Source: Psychrobacter sp. DM4 (GTDB lineage Bacteria; Pseudomonadota; Gammaproteobacteria; Pseudomonadales; Moraxellaceae). Taken from it: DNA of 32,000 nucleotides. The DNA lies in contig NZ_CP195536.1 in NCBI RefSeq assembly GCF_051307035.1, forward strand, positions 2,760,001 through 2,792,000, given 5' to 3'. The notes under the pieces are model-generated. The model saw nothing but the letters and a program-made list of their open reading frames with translations. It was not told the DNA's origin and searched no databases. Positions 1 to 10,233 of the stretch are shown one piece after another. How positions within the stretch are numbered: position 1 is the stretch's first letter; the number at the start of each line of letters is the position of its first letter. The translations under genes and the position numbers were made by a program.

Positions 1-110
1 CTATCTTGTTTGCTAACTTATTTGCGCCTTTGTTTGACTATTTTGTGACGCAAGCCAATATCAAGCGTCAAACCGCACGGAGGGTTCGTTATGTCCAAGC
101 CCAAAAGTAA
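1..110 (+). CDS. nqrB: Na+-translocating NADH:quinone oxidoreductase subunit B, 3' end only (gene begins upstream of the window)
   Basis: The frame is open from base 3 to TAA at 108-110. It reads [35 protein letters not shown], which resembles the conserved NqrB C-terminus (FVVQANIKRR-type). It overlaps the nqrC start by 20 nt. It is absent from the ORF track because it is 5'-truncated. Confidence 0.7.
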   Translation, partial: ILFANLFAPLFDYFVTQANIKRQTARRVRYVQAQK

Positions 111-996
111 TAATGCAAAAACCATCAGTGTCGCACTTACGCTATGTTTGGTGTGTTCGGTACTGGTCTCAGCAGTTGCTGTCGGTCTCAAGCCTGCACA
201 AGTTGAAAACGCGCGCCTTGATCGTAACAAGAATATTTTGGTAGCAGCGGGTCTTTATAACGCTGAGTCTGACACTGCTGAAGACGTAGTTGAGCGCTTC
301 AAAGAATTTGATGTCGAGATTGTTGACCTAACCAAAGGCAGCTATCTGGACGACAATGCACTTATAGATGTCGGTATCCCAGATCGTAATGCTTATGACG
401 CCAGTCAAGCGACCAAAAACGCAGCGTTGAGCGAAGACTTAGGTAGCAATGACCCTGCAAGTATCGGCCGCGTGCCAAAATATGCCAAAGTCTATGTCAA
501 AAATGACGAAGCGGGCAACCCTGAAATGGTTGTATTACCTATCCAAGGCTATGGCCTATGGGGCACTATCTATGGATTCTTGACGCTTGAGAGCGATATG
601 AATACCATTAAGGGCATCAGCTTTTATGAGCATAAAGAAACTCCAGGACTTGGCGCTCGTATCGAAGAGGCTGATTGGCGTGCCAAATGGCAAGGCATTC
701 ACTCTTATGATGAAAGTGGGAATGTCGCCACTGGCGTAACCAAAGCGGGTAATCCAAAAGAGAACTGGGTCGATGGTATTAGCGGTGCAACCCTTACCGG
801 ACGCGGCGTGAGTAACATGATTCAGTTTTGGTTAGGTGAGCAAGGCTACAAGCCTTACTTAGACGCTTTGCGTCAAGAGAGCGGTGAAACTATCGATAAT
901 ACTGAAGCGCAAGCTCAATTATCAGATGACAAAGCTGCACAACCCACCACCGATCTGGCAGCAAAGTCGCCAGTAGCAAACGGCAAGGAGGCATAA
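91..996 (+). CDS. nqrC: Na+-NQR subunit C (covalent FMN subunit)
   Basis: N-terminal membrane anchor; FMN-attachment motif [12 protein letters not shown]; sits between nqrB and nqrD. Confidence 0.9.
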   Translation: MSKPKSNNAKTISVALTLCLVCSVLVSAVAVGLKPAQVENARLDRNKNILVAAGLYNAESDTAEDVVERFKEFDVEIVDLTKGSYLDDNALIDVGIPDRNAYDASQATKNAALSEDLGSNDPASIGRVPKYAKVYVKNDEAGNPEMVVLPIQGYGLWGTIYGFLTLESDMNTIKGISFYEHKETPGLGARIEEADWRAKWQGIHSYDESGNVATGVTKAGNPKENWVDGISGATLTGRGVSNMIQFWLGEQGYKPYLDALRQESGETIDNTEAQAQLSDDKAAQPTTDLAAKSPVANGKEA

Positions 997-997
997 C

Positions 998-1669
998 ATG
1001 GCTGACACAAAAGGTATTTTAACCTCGCCTATTTTTGATAATAACCCTATTGCCTTACAGATCTTAGGTATCTGTTCGGCGCTAGCGGTGACAACCAACA
1101 TGTCCAACGCATTGGTTATGTGTGTGGCATTGACACTGGTGACAGCGTTTTCTAGTTTCTTTATCTCTATAATTCGCAAAAATATTCCCTCAAGTATTCG
1201 TATTATCGTGCAGATGACGATCATTGCTTCGCTAGTCATCTTGGTTGATCAGGTGCTCAAAGCGGTCGCTTATGATATCAGTAAAGGACTATCGGTATTC
1301 GTCGGTCTAATCATTACCAACTGTATCGTCATGGGTCGAGCTGAAGCCTTTGCGATGAGCAACCCACCCGTACCGAGCTTTTTGGATGGTATTGGTAATG
1401 GCCTTGGTTACTCTGCGGTACTATTATTTGTCGCGACTATTCGTGAAATATTAGGCTCGGGAACTTGGTTTGGCATCACTATTTTGCAGCCAGTATCAGA
1501 CGGCGGATGGTACTTACCAAACGGTCTACTACTATTGCCGCCATCTGCTTTCTTTATTATCGGTCTGTTCATTGCCATCGTACGTATTTGGAAACCTGAA
1601 CAAATCGAAGAAGCTGACTTTGTTATGAAGCCGCAATCTAAAGGCATGGCACACGGAGGCGGTCACTGA
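998..1669 (+). CDS. nqrD: Na+-NQR subunit D
   Basis: Polytopic membrane protein of the NqrD/RnfE family ([26 protein letters not shown]). Starts 1 nt after the nqrC stop. Confidence 0.92.
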   Translation: MADTKGILTSPIFDNNPIALQILGICSALAVTTNMSNALVMCVALTLVTAFSSFFISIIRKNIPSSIRIIVQMTIIASLVILVDQVLKAVAYDISKGLSVFVGLIITNCIVMGRAEAFAMSNPPVPSFLDGIGNGLGYSAVLLFVATIREILGSGTWFGITILQPVSDGGWYLPNGLLLLPPSAFFIIGLFIAIVRIWKPEQIEEADFVMKPQSKGMAHGGGH

Positions 1670-2277
1670 TGGGACATTATGTTAGTTTATTTATAACCTC
1701 GGTCTTTATTGAGAATATGGCGCTAGCCTACTTCTTAGGTATGTGTACCTTTTTGGCCGTATCAAAAAAGGTCTCGACCGCTATTGGTCTTGGGGTTGCC
1801 GTCATCGTGGTTATGGTCATTACCGTACCGCTTAACAACTTGCTATTTCAGTTCATCCTAAAAGATGGTGCTCTAGGTTGGGCGGGCTTTCCCGGTATTG
1901 ATCTAAGTTTCTTAGGTTTACTGAGCTATATTGGTCTTATCGCTGCAACGGTTCAAATTCTAGAGATGTTTTTAGATAAGTTCGTACCCGCTCTCTACAA
2001 TGCGCTTGGCGTGTTCTTACCGCTTATTACAGTAAACTGTGCCATCTTGGGCGGCGTACTGTTCATGGTTGAGCGAGATTATAACTTTAGTGAGTCAGTC
2101 GTTTATGGTGTTGGTGCAGGTTTTGGTTGGGCCGTCGCCATTGTTGCCTTGGCTGGTATTCGTGAAAAGCTTAAATATTCAGACATTCCAGGCCCTCTTC
2201 GCGGCTTGGGTATCACCTTTATTACAGTAGGCCTTATGTCACTTGGCTTTATGTCTTTTGGTGGTATGTCGATTTAA
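1669..2277 (+). CDS. nqrE: Na+-NQR subunit E
   Basis: NqrE/RnfA-family membrane protein ([14 protein letters not shown]). Its ATG overlaps the nqrD TGA (TGATG). Confidence 0.92.
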   Translation: MGHYVSLFITSVFIENMALAYFLGMCTFLAVSKKVSTAIGLGVAVIVVMVITVPLNNLLFQFILKDGALGWAGFPGIDLSFLGLLSYIGLIAATVQILEMFLDKFVPALYNALGVFLPLITVNCAILGGVLFMVERDYNFSESVVYGVGAGFGWAVAIVALAGIREKLKYSDIPGPLRGLGITFITVGLMSLGFMSFGGMSI

Positions 2278-2374
2278 ACTTAAACCCTTATTAATTGTTC
2301 ATTTATTTATAAGGTAGCGGTGTGAGAGGCAAAGTGCGCTCTTACGCCGCTACTACCTATTAAGGATACCTATC

Positions 2375-3610
2375 ATGGATTATGCTACGGCGATTGGTGG
2401 CGTTGCTATGTTTACCGTGATCATCATGGGTCTGGTTGCCATTATTTTGGCAGCGCGCTCAAGATTGGTCAGCTCAGGTGACGTAACTATTCGCATCAAC
2501 GAAGATCCTGCTAATGATGTGGTCACGCCAGCAGGCGGCAAATTACTACAGACTCTCGCCAGCGAAGGGATATTTTTGTCTTCAGCTTGTGGCGGCGGTG
2601 GTACGTGCGCGCAGTGTCGTTGCCGCGTTATCGAAGGCGGCGGCTCTATCTTGCCTACTGAAGAAGGTTATTTTACCCAAGGCGAGATCCGCGATCATAT
2701 GCGCCTAGCGTGTCAGGTTGCGGTCAAGCAAGATATGGAGATCGAGATCGATCCTGAATTCTTTGATGTGCAAAAATGGGAATGTGAAGTTGTCTCCAAC
2801 GACAACGTAGCAACCTTTATCAAAGAGCTGGTACTCAAAATCCCAGAAGGCGAAGAAGTGAACTTCCGCGCAGGTGGTTATGTTCAACTTGAAGCGCCGC
2901 CCCATGAAGTGCACTACAAAGACTTCGACATCGCTGAGGAATATCGCGAAGATTGGGAAAAATTTGATATCTTTAAATATGTATCAAAAGTTGATGAACC
3001 TGTTATCCGTGCTTACTCTATGGCTAACTACCCTGATGAAAAAGGTCTCATCAAATTTAATATCCGTATCGCAAGTCCGCCGCCGCGTGGTCCTGACAGC
3101 ATCCCACCCGGGCAGATGTCATCGTGGACGTTTAGCTTAAAACCTGGTGATAAAGTAACCGTATCTGGTCCTTATGGTGAGTTCTTTGCCAAAGAGACTG
3201 AAGCTGAAATGATCTTTGTTGGCGGCGGCGCTGGTATGGCACCAATGCGCTCGCATCTATTCGATCAGCTCAAACGTCTCCATACAGATCGTAAGATTAG
3301 CTTTTGGTACGGTGCGCGCTCTGTACGCGAGATGTTCTACGTCGAAGATTTTGATCAACTCGATGAAGAGTTCGATAACTTTGAGTGGCATGTAGCGTTA
3401 TCGGATCCAACGCCAGAGGACAATTGGGATGGACCGACTGGTTTCATTCATAACGTCTTACTTGAAAATTATCTAAAAGATCATCCAAACCCAGAAGATT
3501 GTGAATACTATATGTGCGGGCCGCCAATGATGAACGCCGCTGTCATCGATATGCTACACAGCATGGGCGTAGAAGACGAAAACATTATGCTTGATGACTT
3601 TGGTGGTTAG
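2375..3610 (+). CDS. nqrF: Na+-NQR subunit F (2Fe-2S ferredoxin + FAD/NADH reductase)
   Basis: N-terminal TM helix; 2Fe-2S cluster motif [12 protein letters not shown]; FAD motif RAYSMANY; NADH motif [12 protein letters not shown]; C-terminal CGPPMM. Confidence 0.95.
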   Translation: MDYATAIGGVAMFTVIIMGLVAIILAARSRLVSSGDVTIRINEDPANDVVTPAGGKLLQTLASEGIFLSSACGGGGTCAQCRCRVIEGGGSILPTEEGYFTQGEIRDHMRLACQVAVKQDMEIEIDPEFFDVQKWECEVVSNDNVATFIKELVLKIPEGEEVNFRAGGYVQLEAPPHEVHYKDFDIAEEYREDWEKFDIFKYVSKVDEPVIRAYSMANYPDEKGLIKFNIRIASPPPRGPDSIPPGQMSSWTFSLKPGDKVTVSGPYGEFFAKETEAEMIFVGGGAGMAPMRSHLFDQLKRLHTDRKISFWYGARSVREMFYVEDFDQLDEEFDNFEWHVALSDPTPEDNWDGPTGFIHNVLLENYLKDHPNPEDCEYYMCGPPMMNAAVIDMLHSMGVEDENIMLDDFGG

Positions 3611-3685
3611 AGTAGATGACTGAAAACAGTGACTACGTTTAGCTATTAAGTAGATACTATTCGCTTTATAATTTGTGCTAAATTA

Positions 3686-3712
3686 AGAGTCTCCATTGAG
3701 GCTCTTTTTTTT
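3686..3712 (+). terminator. Rho-independent terminator after nqrF
   Basis: Stem agagtctc / gaggctct (8 bp, one G-U), loop catt, followed by a T7 run. Confidence 0.6.
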
Positions 3713-3833
3713 GTCTCACTATAAATAGCTATGCGTATCTCAAAACTTAGCTTTAGCACTTATTACTAGTCGTTCAACAATAATCGCTCAATACTAATCA
3801 CTTAATAATAATCGCTCAACATTGTAAGAAAGG

Positions 3834-4640
3834 ATGCTTATGAAAACCAAATTCAAAAACCTAACTATTTGGATCACAGGCGCGTCAAGTGGGCTTGGTA
3901 CTGCCCTATCCATTGCTTTTGCCAAAAAAGGTGCGACCATCATTTTGAGTGGACGCGATCGCCAAAAGTTAGAGAATGTCAAAGACAAGTGCAAACGTTC
4001 GCACAAACACATCGTGATTCCTTTTGATATTGTTGATAGCGAACAGGCAAAACAAGCGTATCAGTTGGTCAAAATGCAAGCAGGTAAAGTCGATTGGCTT
4101 ATTAATAACGCCGGTATCTCTCAACGCTCACTAATTATGGACACGGATGAAGAAGTTGAACGCCAAATCATGGAGATAGATTATTTCGCTCAAACGCGGC
4201 TGACGAGGTTGGTACTAGCAGATATGATTGATCAAGGCGGCGGCAAGGTAGTCATGATCTCAAGCGTAGCCGGTCTAATTGGTACGCAGTATCGCGGTGC
4301 TTATGGCGCAGCCAAGGCGGCGCTCCATATGTGGGCAAATAGTCTACGCGCCGAATTATACGATCAAGGGATAGATGTCGCTACTATATTTCCAGGATTT
4401 ATCAAAACCAATGTCTCAATCAATGCCTTGACAGGTGATGGTAGCGCACAAGGTACAATGGATGAGGCGACCAATGCAGGTTTGAGTGCTACTGAGTTTG
4501 CAAAGCAAGTAACAAAAGCCTTAGGCAACGGCAAAGAATACATCACCGTCGCCGGCTCTAAAGAAAAAATGGCCATGAGAGTCAATCGCATATCACCGCC
4601 TAAACTTTATAAACTTATTCGTAAGTCACAAGTCAAATAA
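3834..4640 (+). CDS. Short-chain dehydrogenase/reductase (SDR) family oxidoreductase
   Basis: Rossmann motif TGASSGLG, NNAG, and catalytic YGAAKAA (YxxxK). An AGGA sits 6 nt before a second ATG at 3840, so the true start may be 3840. Confidence 0.85.
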   Translation: MLMKTKFKNLTIWITGASSGLGTALSIAFAKKGATIILSGRDRQKLENVKDKCKRSHKHIVIPFDIVDSEQAKQAYQLVKMQAGKVDWLINNAGISQRSLIMDTDEEVERQIMEIDYFAQTRLTRLVLADMIDQGGGKVVMISSVAGLIGTQYRGAYGAAKAALHMWANSLRAELYDQGIDVATIFPGFIKTNVSINALTGDGSAQGTMDEATNAGLSATEFAKQVTKALGNGKEYITVAGSKEKMAMRVNRISPPKLYKLIRKSQVK

Positions 4641-4929
4641 GACTAGAGCATGTCCTCATCTCAAAAATGGTGATAAAAATGAAATAAATTATAGTCAGAT
4701 AAGGAAAATAACGCAGATAGTATCGAGATATTTACCAGTTATTTAACGCTGCATGACAAGATTTAGCCATTTTTAACCCATTGAGATATTATCTTTTAGA
4801 TTGAGGCGTTCAGATTTAGGACACGCCCTATACATACTATTTGACTTACAAAGATACTTATTGGCATTGAGTCTTTGAAGGGGTGTAAAATGTGTCCTAC
4901 ATTTGCCCCTATTTTATTCAAAAGCCCTT

Positions 4930-6066
4930 ATGAAAAACTCTAAACCTTGCGCCTCTTATACCTTTGGTAATTCTTATGCCTTCAATAATAAAGCTATCGT
5001 TATTACCTTTTCTATTGCCAGTCTTTTAAGTTTAAGCGCCTGCCAGCAAGCGCCCGAGTATAACTATTTGAGCGGCGAGACCATGGGTACTAGCTACCAT
5101 ATTAGCTACCAGCTGCCAGACGACACTGACGAAAGTGAGATTCAAACCGCTATTGATCAGCGCTTGGAGCAGATCAACGATAGCATGTCCACTTATATAG
5201 ATAACTCAACTATTTCTACCTTTAATCGACTAACGGCGGATACCCCCTTAACGATCGATGCAGACTTTAGCCATGTGTTACAAATCTCGCGTCAGGTCTA
5301 TGAGCAATCAGCTGGGGCTTTTGATCCTACCGTCATGCCGTTGATAGAGACTTGGGGCTTTGGTAGTACGATGACCGTCGAGCGTCTGCAAAGTCCGCCA
5401 ACTGCCCTAGAGATTGCAGAGGCAAAAGCTTTGGTAGATTTCGATAGTATCGTGCAAAAGGATAACGTCTTATATAAAACTAAGGACGGCGTCGGTCTTG
5501 ATTTTTCTGCGGTAGCAAAAGGCTATGGTGTCGATGTCATCGCTGATGTGTTAAGACAGGACTACAGCATTCGTAACTATATGGTTGAGATTGGCGGGGA
5601 GGTGGCGACCTCTGGCGTTAGCGTGCAAAAGCAGCCATGGCAAATTGCTATCGATGCGCCGATTGAGGACAGTACAGTCCGCGAACGCCAAACTATTGCA
5701 GCTATTCGTCAACCCGTCGGTAGTGCAATGCATCTGGCAACCTCTGGTAACTATCGTAACTCTATTACCTTTGATGGCAAACGCTATAGCCATACGATAG
5801 ACCCTACGACAGGCGAGCCTATCGTTGGCGGCGCGCCATCGGTAACCATCGCCGCTGATTCGGTAGCGCTTGCTGATGCGTGGGCAACGGCATTGACTGC
5901 TATGCCTTATGACAAAGCATTAATGACTGCTAAACAACAAAACTTAGCAGCGTTGTTTGTGATTAATGCTAATAAAGCTGATGAAGTAGGTTCAAATCGC
6001 TTAGAAAATTGGAAGATGGTGCAGACTCCTGCTATGAAGACGCTTAGAGCAGGACAAGTTGATTAG
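4930..6066 (+). CDS. apbE: FAD:protein FMN transferase (flavinylates NqrB/NqrC), lipoprotein
   Basis: Lipobox LSLSAC; ApbE motifs AVAKGYGVD, TSGNYRN, HTIDPTTGEP. The ORF-track start at 4903 is TTG; the first ATG (MKNSK...) is at 4930. Confidence 0.85.
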   Translation: MKNSKPCASYTFGNSYAFNNKAIVITFSIASLLSLSACQQAPEYNYLSGETMGTSYHISYQLPDDTDESEIQTAIDQRLEQINDSMSTYIDNSTISTFNRLTADTPLTIDADFSHVLQISRQVYEQSAGAFDPTVMPLIETWGFGSTMTVERLQSPPTALEIAEAKALVDFDSIVQKDNVLYKTKDGVGLDFSAVAKGYGVDVIADVLRQDYSIRNYMVEIGGEVATSGVSVQKQPWQIAIDAPIEDSTVRERQTIAAIRQPVGSAMHLATSGNYRNSITFDGKRYSHTIDPTTGEPIVGGAPSVTIAADSVALADAWATALTAMPYDKALMTAKQQNLAALFVINANKADEVGSNRLENWKMVQTPAMKTLRAGQVD

Positions 6067-6259
6067 TACGTTTTACTTGTTGTCACCTTTAAAAGGTTAA
6101 CTTCAAGTCATCCTTCTGATAGCTAATCTGTTATTTTTCATGAGATTTTGCTTGTATTTATCAAGTCATTATTACTGCGTGTAATGTCTAACATAAATAG
6201 TTAAACTATTTCCCTTTGGTTAACTGTTGTTACCGTATTATTACAAATAAGGGTACTTA

Positions 6260-7774
6260 ATGATTTACTCCTTGATGGCTGTGGTCTTTGTGCTTGGCTA
6301 TATCGCTATTGCTTTAGAGCATAATTTTCACGTTGATAAGGCGGCCTCTGCACTACTAACGGCAACTATCATCTGGACGCTACTAGTCATTGGATCAGAT
6401 ACCTTACTCGTTGAAGATCTATCCGCTGTCAATAGTCCTGGCGCCACAATCCTATTGAACGCTGAGCTACGTCATCATTTGGCTGAGATTGCTGAAATTT
6501 TGTTTTTTTTGATGGGTGCAATGGTCATCGTTGAATTGATCGATGCTCATGATGGTTTTTATGCGATTACCAGTCGTATTCAAACCACTAATGCGGTTAC
6601 GCTACTCTGGACAATCGGGGCGCTGACCTTCTTCTTCTCAGCACTACTTGATAACTTGACTACCACTATTGTGATGGTATCACTGCTACGCAAACTGGTC
6701 GCTGACAAAGAGCTGCGTTGGTGGTTCGTCGGTACAGTGGTCGTCTGCGCCAATGCGGGCGGCGCGTGGTCTCCGATTGGTGATGTGACAACGACTATGC
6801 TATGGATTGGTAGTCAGATTACGGCTAGTCGCATCATCGTTGATTTGATTGTCCCAAGCTTGGTAGCAGCAACCGTACCGCTCATTATGTTAACGGTTAT
6901 CTTTAAGGGCAAGAAAGTACTACGCCCTGTGGATGACAAAGAACCTGTACTCTCATCCAACACCAACTATCTGGGTGATTATACAGCGACGACGGCGACG
7001 GCTTCTGCCATCAATGGTATCGATATACCTGCTACTATGCCCTCTACTACCCCATTGAGTGCTAATAGCAGCGCGGTAACGGTAGAGCCTAGCGACGTTA
7101 TTACCAATAGAATGCGTCTAAGCGTCTTGGCGCTCGGTTTGGGAGCACTAGCCTTTGTTCCTGTGTTCAAAACCGTCACTCATCTACCGCCTTACATGGG
7201 TATCTTATTCGGCGTTGGAGTACTTTGGGTCTTTACTGAACTCATGCATCGTCATCAAGATTGGTATGTTAAACAGCATATGACCGTTGTCGGTGTCCTC
7301 ACCCGCGTTGATATGCCAAGTATTTTGTTCTTTTTAGGCATTCTACTCGCAGTATCAGGACTGGCGACTGCTGGACATTTAACTGATATGGCGATGTGGC
7401 TGGATAATACCTTTGGTAACTTATATGTCATCAATGTGTTGATCGGTCTGTTGTCCTCGCTGGTCGATAACGTACCGCTCGTCGCTGGTGCGATGAAAAT
7501 GTATCCGTTACTAGGCGATGCGGCTATGGCAGGACTCACAGGTGATGAGCTGGCGCGTCAAAGTCAGTTTATGCAAGATGGTAAGTTTTGGCACTTTTTG
7601 GCGTATTGTGCAGGCGTGGGCGGCAGCTGCCTAATCATCGGTTCGGCTGCTGGTGTGGCCGCTATGGGTATGGAGAAAATTCCGTTTATGTGGTATCTCA
7701 AACGTATTAGTGGTCTTGCTCTAGTCGGTTATCTGGCAGGTGCGGCGACTTATATCCTGATACATACCATGTAA
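6260..7774 (+). CDS. nhaD: NhaD-type Na+/H+ antiporter (ArsB/NhaD permease superfamily)
   Basis: About 12 predicted TM segments. The N-terminus (YIAIALEHNFHVDKAASALL) and the motifs LDNLTTT and NAGGAWSPIGDVTTTMLW are typical of NhaD. Confidence 0.7.
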   Translation: MIYSLMAVVFVLGYIAIALEHNFHVDKAASALLTATIIWTLLVIGSDTLLVEDLSAVNSPGATILLNAELRHHLAEIAEILFFLMGAMVIVELIDAHDGFYAITSRIQTTNAVTLLWTIGALTFFFSALLDNLTTTIVMVSLLRKLVADKELRWWFVGTVVVCANAGGAWSPIGDVTTTMLWIGSQITASRIIVDLIVPSLVAATVPLIMLTVIFKGKKVLRPVDDKEPVLSSNTNYLGDYTATTATASAINGIDIPATMPSTTPLSANSSAVTVEPSDVITNRMRLSVLALGLGALAFVPVFKTVTHLPPYMGILFGVGVLWVFTELMHRHQDWYVKQHMTVVGVLTRVDMPSILFFLGILLAVSGLATAGHLTDMAMWLDNTFGNLYVINVLIGLLSSLVDNVPLVAGAMKMYPLLGDAAMAGLTGDELARQSQFMQDGKFWHFLAYCAGVGGSCLIIGSAAGVAAMGMEKIPFMWYLKRISGLALVGYLAGAATYILIHTM

Positions 7775-7887
7775 AAGCAGCCGTTAAGCTATTGATATTT
7801 AACTCGACTACATGTGCTAGAATAGAGCTATCAATTTTAGGATCATCGACAGTTATAGATGGTCTGATATGAGTCGAGGTCACCTCC

Positions 7888-8133
7888 ATGCTTAGTCAAT
7901 TAATTCCAATGTTCGCCATTACCTTTACCGTATTTGTACTGTTTTTTATCTTTATGGGCATTGGTTACATGTTCAAAAAACAACCGTTAAAAGGCTCTTG
8001 TGGCGGCGTGGCCAAACTGATGGGCGATGAGCAGTGCTCGTTTTGTGGTGATGATCCTAATAAGTGCGATTCACTGATTGCAGAGCAACAAGCGACCTCT
8101 CTCAATGCCGCCAAGTTAGGCAAATCTGTCTAA
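7888..8133 (+). CDS. nqrM: (Na+)-NQR maturation protein NqrM
   Basis: 81 aa with a single N-terminal TM helix, then LKGSCGG and CSFCGDDPNKC cysteine motifs characteristic of NqrM/DUF539. Lies in the nqr/apbE neighbourhood. Confidence 0.75.
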   Translation: MLSQLIPMFAITFTVFVLFFIFMGIGYMFKKQPLKGSCGGVAKLMGDEQCSFCGDDPNKCDSLIAEQQATSLNAAKLGKSV

Positions 8134-8494
8134 CCTCTGGTTTTATTTAATCATAACTTCTGTCTCAAACTTGAGTATTTCACTATCTAGACTCTGTGAC
8201 CAATCATCATTCATATAGGCTATTTCAGTTACTTAACGCTGGTAGCATATAGTCTCTCGTAGATATACAATAGTGCTCAGTGTTGTTTGATACTCAACGC
8301 TACTACAACCTCTTATCTTCCTTTACGATAACCCAGCCCTGTCACTCTTGCCTTTTGAAGGTGAAGAGTTTTTGTGGTTTATATTGCTATTTTTATATTG
8401 CCCACTTTATAAGTGGCATTTTTTTATCGTCGTTTTAAAAGTGCTCATTTGTTAATCCTTTTATACTGACCTATTTAATGGTAGCCCTGTTGCT

Positions 8495-9751
8495 ATGTCT
8501 ACTTCACCTCACTCCCCGCTCAGATCAAACGCAGATACTCGCCCCTCCTCTAGCTTGCCATCGTCAAAATTTACCTTTTGGATAGTGCTGTGTGCGATTG
8601 TTCTGCTCGCGACCAACATGCGCGCGCCTATAGTAGCGCTAGGCTCCATCGCTCCTGTTGTGCAAGAAGCACTGAATATCTCTGAAGCGGAGATTGGTTG
8701 GCTTGGCGCAGTGCCGATGTTGGGCTTTGCCGTCGGGTCATTTATCTCGCCCACTATCGGTAAGCGTTTTGGGCTTGAGAATACTTTGATTGCTATGATT
8801 GCACTGCTGACCTTTGGTATGGTGGTACGCTCTGTTATACCGACATGGACGGGGTTTTTGAGTGGTACGATCATGCTGACTTTGGCGATTGGCTTTGCTA
8901 ATACGTTGGCCGCACCTGTGATCAAGCAACGTACGCCCAAGCATATCCCACTAATTACCGGTCTATTTAGCCTGACTATGACGGTCATCGCCGGTATCGT
9001 TGCAGGTATCGTACTGCCTTTGTCCGAGTATATCGGTTGGCAATGGGCGTTAGGCGGCTGGTCGTTTTTGGGAATTCTAGCGCTAATTATTTGGATGTTT
9101 TTGCGTTTGCGCTTAGGATCTTCTAACAAATTAGCCGCGCCGTTAGCAGCACAAAGCTCATCTGATGTCGTTATATGGCGCAACGCTTTTGCTTGGCAGA
9201 TTGCCGTGTTTATGGGTTTGCAGTCTCTGCTTTATTATACGGTCGCTAGTTTCTTGCCTTCGATCTGGGTCAGCAAAGGATTGACAGCCATCAAAGCGGG
9301 GCAAATGGGTTCAGTGTTTCAGTTTATGGCGCCGGTCGCCATTATCAGTTTGACGTGGCTGGTCAACCGCGGTCGCCCGATTCAGGCTTTGACGGTGCTC
9401 GCAGCGGTACTAAACGTAGTCGGTGTCTTGGGTATGAGCTATCTGTCAGCTGATCTGGCTTGGCTATGGTCAGGAATGATGGGCGCGGGCTGCTCGGCGA
9501 TCTTTACTTTGAGTATGATGCTGTTCTCACTGCGAACCTATACCCCCAATCAGGCCAGCGAGCTGTCTGGTATGGCGCAGACAGTTGGTTATTTGATTGC
9601 GTTTTTTGGTCCACTTGGTGCAGGCTGGCTCCATGAAACGTCAGGCGATTGGAGCTTACCGCTACTATTGATATCGGCATTGATGATTATCAACGTCGTC
9701 GTTGCTTGGCTGATTAGTCGCCCTATGATGATTGATGGACGCGCCGCTTAA
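8495..9751 (+). CDS. MFS transporter, CynX/YeaN-like family
   Basis: Twelve-TM-like hydrophobic profile; the N-terminal NMRAPIVALGSIAPVV resembles the CynX signature (NMRP...GPLLP). Confidence 0.75.
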   Translation: MSTSPHSPLRSNADTRPSSSLPSSKFTFWIVLCAIVLLATNMRAPIVALGSIAPVVQEALNISEAEIGWLGAVPMLGFAVGSFISPTIGKRFGLENTLIAMIALLTFGMVVRSVIPTWTGFLSGTIMLTLAIGFANTLAAPVIKQRTPKHIPLITGLFSLTMTVIAGIVAGIVLPLSEYIGWQWALGGWSFLGILALIIWMFLRLRLGSSNKLAAPLAAQSSSDVVIWRNAFAWQIAVFMGLQSLLYYTVASFLPSIWVSKGLTAIKAGQMGSVFQFMAPVAIISLTWLVNRGRPIQALTVLAAVLNVVGVLGMSYLSADLAWLWSGMMGAGCSAIFTLSMMLFSLRTYTPNQASELSGMAQTVGYLIAFFGPLGAGWLHETSGDWSLPLLLISALMIINVVVAWLISRPMMIDGRAA

Positions 9752-10233
9752 GTCTTGAGCATTATAAAAGGGATGATTATGAGTGCTATAGTCAATTTTA
9801 AATAAAATGGATGCGTTACTTAATAACGCGAAACTGGTATAAATTTTTCTGGCTTGCTGTGCCTACGCCGACAGAGGCTGCAAAAAATTCATCCCAGTCC
9901 CGCTGTATCTTTTTCATATTGAACTGACTATATTATATAAATACTATTAATGGACAAACAGCAACAGATAATGCAACTCAGGCTGACTTACTACCCGCCG
10001 TTGCTCGTTACTTAAAGGTACTCAACGAGCAAGTATTACCTGCTTTTATCAAAACAGGTAGTGCGCCCCACGCTATTAATGCAAGAGACGGCTTGGCAGA
10101 CTTGATCCATACTTCAAACGACAAAGTTGGGAAACAACACTCACCAATCCTAGACAAGCTACTAGCCGCAAAATTGCTACTATAGTCTATCAACGCTAAT
10201 AGACAATAAAAACAGCCCCGTAACGGAACCGCT

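Noticed and set aside
8509-9183. A 224-aa minus-strand ORF inside the MFS transporter gene. Similar antisense or off-frame ORFs include 922-1239, 1408-1647, 5551-5793, 7255-7539, 12498-12698, 13252-13488, 20015-20383, 25723-26055, 26427-26789, 27191-27616 and 28692-28997.
   Set aside because: All are fully nested in, or overlap, well-supported genes on the other strand or in another frame. They have odd composition (Arg/Ser/Cys-rich or low complexity) and no recognisable motifs. These are typical shadow ORFs.
9928-10185. An 85-codon open frame in the MFS-tesA spacer with protein-like sequence (...DLLPAVARYLKVLNEQVLPAFIKTGSAPHAINARDGLADLIHTSNDKVGKQHSPILDKLLAAKLLL). It could be a gene remnant.
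   Set aside because: There is no ATG, GTG or TTG until codon 56, no Shine-Dalgarno and no recognisable family. An 85-codon stop-free run is within chance expectation across six frames of 32 kb. It could be re-examined by TBLASTN.
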